Of a stretch of 64,000 bases of DNA, positions 11,583 to 21,161 are shown piece by piece. The DNA is from an uncultured bacterium (GTDB lineage Bacteria > Babelota > Babeliae > Babelales > Babelaceae), in the NCBI GenBank assembly GCA_963713855.1, contig OY970209.1, positions 672,001-736,000 on the forward strand, given 5' to 3'. The position numbers were made by a program, and so were the translations under genes. The notes below the pieces were generated by a model that saw nothing but the letters and a program-made list of their open reading frames with translations, searched no databases and was not told the origin of the DNA. Each line of letters starts with the position of its first letter. Position 1 is the stretch's first letter.

Positions 11583-12827
11583 CTATGAGGCCATGAGTTT
11601 TTGTGCTAGTTCTGTGTCATTGTTTATTGCCCAAACGAGTAACTCCGCTTTTTGATCATTTGAAAGATCTTCAAGTTTAATGTGTTGAGCGCTCAAAATG
11701 GTAGTGAGGTATTTTTTACTTAAAGGCATCGGAAGACGACTGACCGCTATCAGGATTTCCGAACTGCGAGCACCAGCCGAGATCAATTTTATAAAAAAGT
11801 GTTCACGGCCTGATTTTGCAAAAAACATGTCAAACCATTGATCTGCATTGAGCTGGACGCCGGCATTAAGAAGCGCTAAAGTAACTTCTAAAAGCTCGGC
11901 GCGAATAGCAGTTATAAGGTGATATGAGTTAGCTGTTGCTCCTTTTTCGATGAGAAAGAGCGCGTTTTCAGTCTGGCAACGTTCTATTATTCGCAAAAGA
12001 GCATCTTCTGGGATGTCTTCTTTTGATAAAGCGAATTCCTTGAAGGCTTCAAGGGTTTCTTTCTTGTTTTTTATAAGAAGGGCCAAAATTTGCCTTCTGT
12101 TTTCGGAATTGTGCTTAGCTCCTTGCTCGATAAAGAACTTAGCATGTTCCAGGTTTTGCGTACCATAGTTGTGAAGAACTGAGTTTAATGCTTTATTTAG
12201 GTCATAATTCTGCATTTTAAGGATTTTTGAGACAAGCTGGTTACCACACCGTTTATCGAGGTCAAAGGGTTTTTCTGCATCTCTCAACATATCTTGTGGC
12301 AATGTAGGGTAAACGCCCTTTTCAACAAGATCATGGGCCTCTTTGCATCCCTTTGAGTCGAGTGTTTTATAAAAAAGATCTGTATTGTTCTCCTGAATCT
12401 CATTAGCGGTCAAGTGAGCCCCAGCACTTTCAAGCACTTGAACGATCTCTTGATTGCCGTTCTTTTGTGCAAAATAGAGAAGACTCGAAGGTCTATGGTC
12501 CCGGCTGCAGTAATTGTACCAATCATCGTTCTCCGTGCACACTAAAAGCGCGTACTTATACTTATCGAGGCTTTCAGGTGTCGCTGACTCAATAAATAGC
12601 TGTGCCCAATCGAACTTTCCGTCAGCAATAGCATCTCCGATAAGTTCCACGATTCGGGAAGAACTAACTCGCCCACCTAAGCCCATAAGCTTTTGAGAAG
12701 CTTCGAGATTTCTTCCTTCTAGCGATTTGAGAAGAGCATCATTTACTAGTTCATTAGAAAAAGTTTTATTACAAAAGAGAGGTATGAAAAGAAGAAGTGC
12801 TATTAAATGGTGTGATGATTTTCTCAT
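11583..12827 (-). CDS. Secreted protein with degenerate ankyrin-like repeats
   Basis: Signal peptide; recurring LExAGA, FIEQGA, LIEKGA and LLNAG units. Confidence 0.65.
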   Translation of the reverse strand: MRKSSHHLIALLLFIPLFCNKTFSNELVNDALLKSLEGRNLEASQKLMGLGGRVSSSRIVELIGDAIADGKFDWAQLFIESATPESLDKYKYALLVCTENDDWYNYCSRDHRPSSLLYFAQKNGNQEIVQVLESAGAHLTANEIQENNTDLFYKTLDSKGCKEAHDLVEKGVYPTLPQDMLRDAEKPFDLDKRCGNQLVSKILKMQNYDLNKALNSVLHNYGTQNLEHAKFFIEQGAKHNSENRRQILALLIKNKKETLEAFKEFALSKEDIPEDALLRIIERCQTENALFLIEKGATANSYHLITAIRAELLEVTLALLNAGVQLNADQWFDMFFAKSGREHFFIKLISAGARSSEILIAVSRLPMPLSKKYLTTILSAQHIKLEDLSNDQKAELLVWAINNDTELAQKLMAS

Positions 12828-13118
12828 AAAAGTTCCTTTCAACTTAACTACCTGAGTTACAAGCACTCTTAAGCTACCGTTAGAAATAAGAATTTTTCAT
12901 GAAAAACCTTATACCACTAGTATACTTACTATTATGAAATACACAAGTATTCATGAACTTTAGATTCATCGCTAGAACCTGTCTTGAAGACGATCAACCT
13001 AATGCAAGAAAGCGTCGATTCGGCCAGTATCCCGCTCGAAAGCCTTGGTAGATTTTTAGAGCAACTAGAGGTCTTCCAGGTGAATCATAGTTATGAAGAT
13101 GAGCTCTAACTAAATATA

Positions 13119-13157
13119 AACGCTCTGCTAGATTTTCAAAATGCCTAGCAGAGCGTT
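13119..13157. terminator. Hairpin downstream of the DUF1761-like gene
   Basis: AACGCTCTGCTAG...CTAGCAGAGCGTT, 13-bp arms. Confidence 0.6.
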
Positions 13158-13179
13158 AAGAAATTGAAAGCAAATTGCA

Positions 13180-13569
13180 TTACCGGCGTATATACCAGAA
13201 CACTAAAGCAAAAACTGCAAAGCGTGCAACATGATAGCCGGCATCGATTAAAAATGATGTCATGCTGCGGCCAGAAAATTGATAGTTAATGCCAATCGAT
13301 GGCGCAACAAACAGCAAGCCGATAACCAATGCTGCCTTTACTAAATCCGTCAATGAGCTTATGTTTTCATAAAGGTACGCAAAGCCAATAGCACTGACGA
13401 TTGTGTAAAAAAACGAGATAATAAATGGAGCAGTTCCTTTTGATTTGAACTCTTCAACACTCAAACCAAACTCCTTGCGCCACATTGACCCAAACAAATA
13501 AGGAGAGTACCAAAGACTTCCCAGTAAGAAACTTGCAACGCTTGCGATCGCAATTGCTAATATGTGCAT
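13180..13569 (-). CDS. DUF1761 family membrane protein
   Basis: LAIAIASVASFLLGSLWYSPYLFGSMW and FLIDAGYH motifs; four TM segments. Confidence 0.8.
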   Translation of the reverse strand: MHILAIAIASVASFLLGSLWYSPYLFGSMWRKEFGLSVEEFKSKGTAPFIISFFYTIVSAIGFAYLYENISSLTDLVKAALVIGLLFVAPSIGINYQFSGRSMTSFLIDAGYHVARFAVFALVFWYIRR

Positions 13570-13933
13570 ATACCTACCCTTTCGGATTCTGCGTAAAAAA
13601 TTCCACTCACACCTCTTGTCGATAAGCAGTCTAGCACGCCAAAAAAAACAAGCAAGTGCTTGATTCACTACATATACCAATTTATTACACGCGTAAAAGT
13701 GGGTTATGTTTTTTGTTAATTGATACAAAAAAGATAGGGATTGCTTGAACGTATTATTTCATCTGCAACTTTTTTAAAAAGATGTTTTTATACGCTGTCA
13801 AAATGGGCAAGTAGATCACATACTCAGCTTAAAGCCCTAGCCTCAAACTCATAGTATGCGGTAGTATAGGAGGGTTGCTGGTGTGGATTGCCGACAAAAA
13901 CGCGCTTTATTAAATTGAAATAGTGGATGAGCA

Positions 13934-14872
13934 ATGATATACATAATTGTCTTCTGGTATTTGTTCATATTTTTTCAATGCATCGATGGTCTGGCACGGC
14001 AAGAACTATGTAGCGATGTAGTCACGCGGCGCCCTTATGCGAGTCGAAACAGCCACATGTTTCTTCTTAAAAGTAAGGAAACGCAATGGCTCATAAAGCA
14101 GAGAAAAGGTGCTTACGTCGACTCACAGCTGACGCCTGTGCTTGAGACACTGGGTACAAGCATGGCTGAAAGAATTGGTATTATCTGTAATCACGTGCGT
14201 CTTGTTCCAATTAATGCATGTAAAAAATATAAGCGAGCAAAAAATCGGCCAGCTACGCTTCACTCGTTGGTTCCAGGCGTATCACCGCGAGCTACAAAAC
14301 ATATGGCATCGCTTAATATCCATCAGACTATGGAACGACCGTGTGGTAAGAAGTGTGGCTTTACAAGACCGGTCATATCAGGTATGGCACTACATGCTTC
14401 GTTGCCGGCAATTGTAGCGCTTGATACCTTTATTGGTAACAGCGATCGCAGCTCTGTCAACTTACTTTATGATCCCAACACTGATAATTTTTATGCGATT
14501 GATTTTGGATTCAGTTTTAAATCTAATCTTGCAAAGGGGGCATTAGCAACTTTGATCGCGCTTGATGGGTCTCGCGCAGTCTTGTCGCTTTCTGAAGTAC
14601 AAGCACTTACAAAGTACAGGGACACTTTGCAGACGTTGTTGACGGTTTATAGGCCCGAAACAATGATTGCTCAATTTCGTGTTCTAGTAAAGCAGGCTGG
14701 ACTTTTTAGTAAGAGTGCCTCTTTTGCTGAGGGCAAAAAAAAGTTGAAACAAACCTTGGCTCTACATGAACGATTTATGCACGATACGCATCATTCCACA
14801 ACTAAGCTTGTGCGTTATTTAAATGAAGCTTTGCCGCGTTTTCAAGGTCGTATACAACCGGAACCACAGTGA
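13934..14872 (+). CDS. Secreted HipA/PI3-PI4-kinase-like protein kinase
   Basis: WLIKQ (catalytic Lys), helix-C Glu, LDTFIGNSDRSSVNLL, AIDFG; N-terminal signal peptide. Confidence 0.75.
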   Translation: MIYIIVFWYLFIFFQCIDGLARQELCSDVVTRRPYASRNSHMFLLKSKETQWLIKQRKGAYVDSQLTPVLETLGTSMAERIGIICNHVRLVPINACKKYKRAKNRPATLHSLVPGVSPRATKHMASLNIHQTMERPCGKKCGFTRPVISGMALHASLPAIVALDTFIGNSDRSSVNLLYDPNTDNFYAIDFGFSFKSNLAKGALATLIALDGSRAVLSLSEVQALTKYRDTLQTLLTVYRPETMIAQFRVLVKQAGLFSKSASFAEGKKKLKQTLALHERFMHDTHHSTTKLVRYLNEALPRFQGRIQPEPQ

Positions 14873-14882
14873 GGAGTGCATC

Positions 14883-15818
14883 ATGTTAAACAGTAGATCG
14901 GTGTTTTCTATTTTCCTATTTCTTTCTTACGGTCTTGCTTTTGGTGCTAAAAAAGATGGCATCTGCGACGACGTTGTTGCTAAAAATCATTTTGCTGCAA
15001 TGTGTAGTCATATATCTTTGTTGCGTAAAGCAGATCGCTCGCAGTGGCTTATAAAACAGCGCAGAGATTCATCAATAAACGGACAGTTTATATGTGTAAC
15101 GGAAACGCTTGGTGGTAGTATGGCCGAGTTTTTAGGTATTCCGTGCAATAAAGTAAAACTTGTTCCCGCTCATAGTTGTACGAAATATAAGAAATACAAA
15201 AACTATCCTGCGACTTTGCATAATTTTTTACCGGGAAAAATGGCCTGTTATAAACGCGTTAATATTTACCAACCAGTTGGCAAGCGGTGCCGTAATTTTT
15301 GTGGTATGAGTGACGATGTGGTTAAAAATATGTCACAGCATCCAACCTTGCCGCTTATTGTCGCTTTGGACACCTTTATGGGGGGCACGGATCGCGGTTG
15401 CGCAAATGTAATGTACGACGAAAAAACAAACACATATTATGGAATCGATTTTGGTTCTGGCTTTAGTGCGAATTTAGCTGGCATAGCTCTTGAAAATATG
15501 AAACTCATAGAGAGAATGCTCGTCTTTACTCCTGCGCATATTGAGGGACTTACCATTTACCGTAATGCCTTAAAGCGCTTGGTAAATTGGTATAAGCCGA
15601 GTGTTGTGTATGCAAGGCTTGAAAGCCTCGCTCACGAGGCTGGCCTTTTTGCAAAAACGAGCTTCTACACTAAAAATAAGGCAAAGCTTAAAGAAAAGCT
15701 TTCTAGATCTAAAAAATATATCTATGAAAGTTACGCTTCAACGGTGGCCCTCATTCGTTACCTCGATCAAAAGATACCTCAATGGAATGCAAAAGCTAAT
15801 CAACTGCCGAAAGCTTGA
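14883..15818 (+). CDS. Secreted HipA/PI3-PI4-kinase-like protein kinase (tandem paralog)
   Basis: GAGGAG RBS before ATG 14883; WLIKQ, LDTFMGGTDRGCANV, GIDFG. Confidence 0.75.
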   Translation: MLNSRSVFSIFLFLSYGLAFGAKKDGICDDVVAKNHFAAMCSHISLLRKADRSQWLIKQRRDSSINGQFICVTETLGGSMAEFLGIPCNKVKLVPAHSCTKYKKYKNYPATLHNFLPGKMACYKRVNIYQPVGKRCRNFCGMSDDVVKNMSQHPTLPLIVALDTFMGGTDRGCANVMYDEKTNTYYGIDFGSGFSANLAGIALENMKLIERMLVFTPAHIEGLTIYRNALKRLVNWYKPSVVYARLESLAHEAGLFAKTSFYTKNKAKLKEKLSRSKKYIYESYASTVALIRYLDQKIPQWNAKANQLPKA

Positions 15819-16167
15819 TCATGCAAGGGGCATGGTCTACGATGTGTACGCTTTTAGGAAGCGCAAAATGTTCCCTTTTTAACGTAACTGATTGAGTGCC
15901 ATGTTTAAGGCCTTTGCCCGGAATATAAATTGTTTTCTGTTTTCTGGTAAGTGATCGTAATGAACGGCGTAGCCCTCTAAGTGTTAGATTGATTTCTTTT
16001 GGGGCATCCTCAAGAGTTTGGTTTTTACTAAGTTCAATTGATACCTCAAACGGGTATATTGCTTCTACAAGATAGCGGTCGCTCCATAGGGACCAGAGTA
16101 TGTATGCAATAATGCAGGCAGCTACGTAAGAAACACTCTTGCTTTCAAGGGCTATAGTATGCTTCAT
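15796..16167 (-). CDS. Short CdaR/YbbR-like protein
   Basis: N-terminal TM ending LW, then PKEINLTLRG and LPKSVHIVDHAP; overlaps the cdaA-like gene. Confidence 0.55.
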   Translation of the reverse strand: MKHTIALESKSVSYVAACIIAYILWSLWSDRYLVEAIYPFEVSIELSKNQTLEDAPKEINLTLRGLRRSLRSLTRKQKTIYIPGKGLKHGTQSVTLKREHFALPKSVHIVDHAPCMIKLSAVD

Positions 16168-16994
16168 GCCAAGTCCTTTGCACTTTCTTTACCTCTTTCT
16201 GAATATGCGTAGACATTTAACTGCCGAGGCAAGACAAGATAACGTTTTATAAGAGCACATGTGTGCGATGCAGTCAAACCTTCAATGATTTTTCCTTGAA
16301 CGATGCACGAAAATAGTCGTGTTTGTGGCGATAGCGAAAGGACAAAGGCATCTGTTTCTTGGGTTAATATAAGTGCTTTTTTTTGCCATGTGCACAAAGT
16401 TTCTCCACTTGTATCTTTGTACACCCTATTCAAAATGGGATCTGCATTGAACGCCTTTATGCTTCCATTCTTTGTAATCCATACAAAATCGGTATCCTGT
16501 TTTGCGTCGATGATCATCTTAACGAGCTCGCTGTGCATTTGTGCATTAAGAAGATACGCGGGGACGAGGATTTTTTGTAAAGTGTCGTCCCGTTCGATTA
16601 TAAAAGGTATTTCTTTTTGCTTTGCAACGCCATATAGTGAAGCTCTAACGAGTTCGTCGACCCAAAGATAATGGACCGGATAGGGCGGTTTAAGTCTCTT
16701 TGCGCCAAGAGGGTAATTTTGAAGCGTTTGATGATGCGTCATGATGAGTATCATAATGACAACGGGGCTGCCCCATAAAAGAAGTGAGCTTACTACATAA
16801 AGCTGTGTATAGTACGTTATTCCTGTAAGAAAAGCGTAGGCGTAGAAGCTTTTAAGTGGGCGGTAGCTTGTGTCGTGCCGAAGCCAGCTTATAAAATAGT
16901 TGATAAGGTACCAGAGAATACTTATTTCTACAACGTCCTGCCACGCGTAGATGTGCAAAGTATCACGTAGAATGGTCATTAATATTTGTACCAC
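16164..16994 (-). CDS. Degenerate diadenylate cyclase CdaA-like membrane protein (DisA_N domain)
   Basis: WQDVVEI plus three TM helices, IIER, LNAQMHSEL and LTQETDAFVLSLS match the CdaA layout; DGA and RHR motifs are absent. Confidence 0.65.
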   Translation of the reverse strand: MVQILMTILRDTLHIYAWQDVVEISILWYLINYFISWLRHDTSYRPLKSFYAYAFLTGITYYTQLYVVSSLLLWGSPVVIMILIMTHHQTLQNYPLGAKRLKPPYPVHYLWVDELVRASLYGVAKQKEIPFIIERDDTLQKILVPAYLLNAQMHSELVKMIIDAKQDTDFVWITKNGSIKAFNADPILNRVYKDTSGETLCTWQKKALILTQETDAFVLSLSPQTRLFSCIVQGKIIEGLTASHTCALIKRYLVLPRQLNVYAYSERGKESAKDLA

Positions 16995-17059
16995 GGTTAC
17001 CTTTCCTTTAGAAAAACTACTATACTAGAGATGTCTAGCTATATGAAAGATTTGGGTAA

Positions 17060-18106
<1,047 letters not shown>

Positions 18107-18148
18107 CCATGTTAACGTTAAGCCTGCTACAAAGGCGGGATCAAGAAA

Positions 18149-18472
18149 ATGAATGAACAACCTTTGGCACTCGTCTGTAAAGCCGTAAAGTTCTGCCATC
18201 AATTTGACGAGGATGCTTTTTTTGACTGGATAAAAAAAATACCTTCTATAATAAGCTTTGAATATCCTGGCGATGAAGGAATTCGTGATGAGCTACACCT
18301 CACGGTTAAAAGTGCACGCATATCTGATGAAGATCTGAGGGCGATTATCGGATTATTTTGTAAATATGATATTGACATGAGACAGCTGAAAGTTTTCATT
18401 AACGAAGATAATAAATCCTGGATTCGCAAAGACGGTAAGGGATATTGGAATAAGCGGATATTCATTTCGTAA
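18149..18472 (+). CDS. Small hypothetical protein
   Basis: 107-aa ORF with protein-like composition (DEDAFFDWIKKI, LFCKYDIDMRQL). Confidence 0.7.
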   Translation: MNEQPLALVCKAVKFCHQFDEDAFFDWIKKIPSIISFEYPGDEGIRDELHLTVKSARISDEDLRAIIGLFCKYDIDMRQLKVFINEDNKSWIRKDGKGYWNKRIFIS

Positions 18473-18545
18473 ACTACCTGGTGGCACGAGCTAGAGATAG
18501 TGCGGCCGCGCTCATTACACCTCAGGATACTCAGTGGCATATAGA

Positions 18546-18800
18546 TTACCTCCAGGCATCTTTGTGCTTAACTTTTTTTGCGGTTTTGTAATCTCGAATT
18601 TTAGCGGTTGTTGATAAAGCCATATCTTCGCGCCTATCAAGCGCTTCCAAAATTGATTCAAGAGCCATGTAAAAAAGTTTTTGTGATTCTTGATCTGCTT
18701 TTTCATACTCGCGTAAAACTTCAGTTAGATAAGCAATAGCTTCTTGCGGATCCTTTAAAGAGTCAGCCAAAAGATCCTGATATTTTTTACTTGTTGGCAT
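18546..18800 (-). CDS. Antitoxin-like protein, apparently chimeric
   Basis: GGAG RBS. The N-terminus (YQDLLADSLKDPQEAIAYL) resembles addiction-module antidotes; the C-terminus (EALDRREDMALS..HKDAW) resembles RelB-type antitoxin tails. Confidence 0.55.
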   Translation of the reverse strand: MPTSKKYQDLLADSLKDPQEAIAYLTEVLREYEKADQESQKLFYMALESILEALDRREDMALSTTAKIRDYKTAKKVKHKDAWR

Positions 18801-18844
18801 CCCAAAGCTCCTTGTAATCAGATCTAGATAATAACACTTGCCTT

Positions 18845-20956
18845 TTACTTCTTTTGCTCTTTGAATGCAAGCAGCTCTTGTCCAGTTTTAGCTCCATTTT
18901 TTAGCAACAGATCTATAAGTTCCTTTGAAGCGTCTACCTTTAGCGCCATGTCCAAAGGAGTTAGATCATTATGATTAATTGCATTAACTTCAGCATGATG
19001 TGTTAAAAGGAGTTCTGAGAGCAACTCATCTTTGCATGAAACGGCGTAATGTAGCGGGGTATGGCCAAAGGCATCTTTGATAGTAGTGCGAGCATTATAT
19101 TTAAGAAGAAGATGCGTTAAAACTATATTTTGGTGGCTTACCACTAGCATGAGCGGAAAATTTTTGTTACCAAGGTTAGGGTCTGCTCCATGGGACAGCA
19201 AAAGCTCAGCAAGATCATACCTGTCATGAATGAGCGTCGTATAAAGTGGTGTTCCTAAGTCATCTTCCTTCAGTACATTTACGGTTGCTCCATGCTCTAC
19301 AAAAAACTGTGCAACTTCTAAGGGCTGGTTACCGTTAACAGCTTTTATTAAACCATTGGTCGCTGCATTCGCATTTCCTGTTATAACAAGGGGATACTCC
19401 ATGAGGAAATTTTCAATAGCCTTGTGGCCTAATGCTTGCGCAATCATAACGGGTGCTCGTCCGTAGTGGTCTTTTGTCTCAAGATAAGCACCCTCTTCAA
19501 CAATGTCCATGACGGCCTTGATGTCATCTCTTCGGACGGCTGCGAATAATCGTGCATCTAAATCAGTCATGGAAAGGGGTAACAAAAGAGCTTTTCCGCG
19601 TTCTTCAATAACTTTAGCGACAATTACTTCAAGTTCTTTTTTATATTCTGTAAGACCATATTCAGGCATCATATTATAACGATATATTTTTACTTCACTT
19701 TCTGGATTGAGCAAAAAATCATCAGTAACTAGAATACGAGCTTGAATACGATCCATATCTTCGTGATCAATAAACTCGGGATGTTCGCGGTAGAGGTCGA
19801 GGTAGGTTTTGGCATCTAAGGTCGCCGGATCATACGTGCTATCTTTCACCGTTATTATTTTTGAGGGCAGAGTGGATGGCCCACTTAATGGTCTTCCATA
19901 TGCTTGGGCTAAATAGACGTATGTATTAACCTTGTTTACGGGGACAAAGATTTGTAACAAATTGCCGCCGTCCTCTGGAGCAAAGCGCTTAAATAGTAAT
20001 TCTAGCTCTCGTATATATTTCGAATCGAGGTCAAGTGCGTTAAAAATGAGTCCTAAAAGCTGTGCCGGTGGACTTATGCTGGCGTTAGCAGCAAAGTATC
20101 TGAATGTATTTTCACTCCAGTCTAACGAGTTTCCAAATAAAGATATATTAGCAGAGATAAGCAGTTGAACGATCTCGGCAGCGCGATCTCCACGGACCAC
20201 TTTCTTAATGATTTGGGCTAACGTTTTGTTGTATGCGGTAGTGAAAGGCAATCGCATATATTCAAAATTTTGAGGAATTTCTTTTTGATACAGTTGACGC
20301 ATTAGCTCGCGCAATACGTCGTAAAAGAGAATGAAATTTTTATCTTGTGCGTGATAAAAGACGAAATGATCTCTGTGTGCTCGCTCTTTTGCAATGGCGC
20401 GAATGAATAATTCGTTAAACCTTCCCGTTCTTCTTCTTAATTCACGCACAACTTTGCTGTTCAGAAGAGCTTTTTGCAACAGAGGCCTTGCAAGATAGGC
20501 CTCACTTTGCGTCAACGGTAGATCCTTACCTGTCGCTGCAAAAGATAAAAGATCAGTAATGCTTGGAGTTTCGTCTCCATGGGTTTCTATTACCTCCTCA
20601 TGTATAGGAATGAGTAAAGGATTAGGGCTTTTAAGCTTGAATCTAACGGAAAGACGTCCCAGAAGATCATCAACGTACTCGAATACATTTCCCCCTGAGT
20701 ATTTATACCGATCGCCAAAAATCTCAATAAACGTAGATATGTGGTTATAAAGGTGATCAGCATTTGACTTGGTTGCGACATTGGTTGGAGCACTTAAGAG
20801 CCTTCTGACATCGTTTTCGAATGAGCTAATTTTTTGAATAAATTCATCTTCATTAGTAACTACCAAGTCCTCAATTGCACTTTCTGAAATGGGTTTGGTT
20901 TCGCTATAAAGTTTCATACCTGCTATCAGGATCAGCAATATTAAGCACTTTTTCAT
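18845..20956 (-). CDS. Secreted protein with uncharacterised enzymatic-looking domain and C-terminal ankyrin repeats
   Basis: Signal peptide MKKCLILLILIA; clear ankyrin repeats (GTPLY, GHTPLHYA, LTPLDMA). Confidence 0.85.
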   Translation of the reverse strand: MKKCLILLILIAGMKLYSETKPISESAIEDLVVTNEDEFIQKISSFENDVRRLLSAPTNVATKSNADHLYNHISTFIEIFGDRYKYSGGNVFEYVDDLLGRLSVRFKLKSPNPLLIPIHEEVIETHGDETPSITDLLSFAATGKDLPLTQSEAYLARPLLQKALLNSKVVRELRRRTGRFNELFIRAIAKERAHRDHFVFYHAQDKNFILFYDVLRELMRQLYQKEIPQNFEYMRLPFTTAYNKTLAQIIKKVVRGDRAAEIVQLLISANISLFGNSLDWSENTFRYFAANASISPPAQLLGLIFNALDLDSKYIRELELLFKRFAPEDGGNLLQIFVPVNKVNTYVYLAQAYGRPLSGPSTLPSKIITVKDSTYDPATLDAKTYLDLYREHPEFIDHEDMDRIQARILVTDDFLLNPESEVKIYRYNMMPEYGLTEYKKELEVIVAKVIEERGKALLLPLSMTDLDARLFAAVRRDDIKAVMDIVEEGAYLETKDHYGRAPVMIAQALGHKAIENFLMEYPLVITGNANAATNGLIKAVNGNQPLEVAQFFVEHGATVNVLKEDDLGTPLYTTLIHDRYDLAELLLSHGADPNLGNKNFPLMLVVSHQNIVLTHLLLKYNARTTIKDAFGHTPLHYAVSCKDELLSELLLTHHAEVNAINHNDLTPLDMALKVDASKELIDLLLKNGAKTGQELLAFKEQKK

Positions 20957-21161
20957 TTGTGGCCTCAAAAAACAATATTATTTCTTTAATTATAAAATTG
21001 TAAGGCGAAAGTCGCAATTCGTATGATTCTTTTACTTGCTCATCTTGGCGCCCCTTGTGTTTTTCTTTTCTTTGTATAGGCTTTCATACCGTAAAAATTC
21101 TGGGCCGTGCAAAAGAAGATAGCGAGAAGATGCAAGCCTCATCTATTAAAGGTAAAATTTA

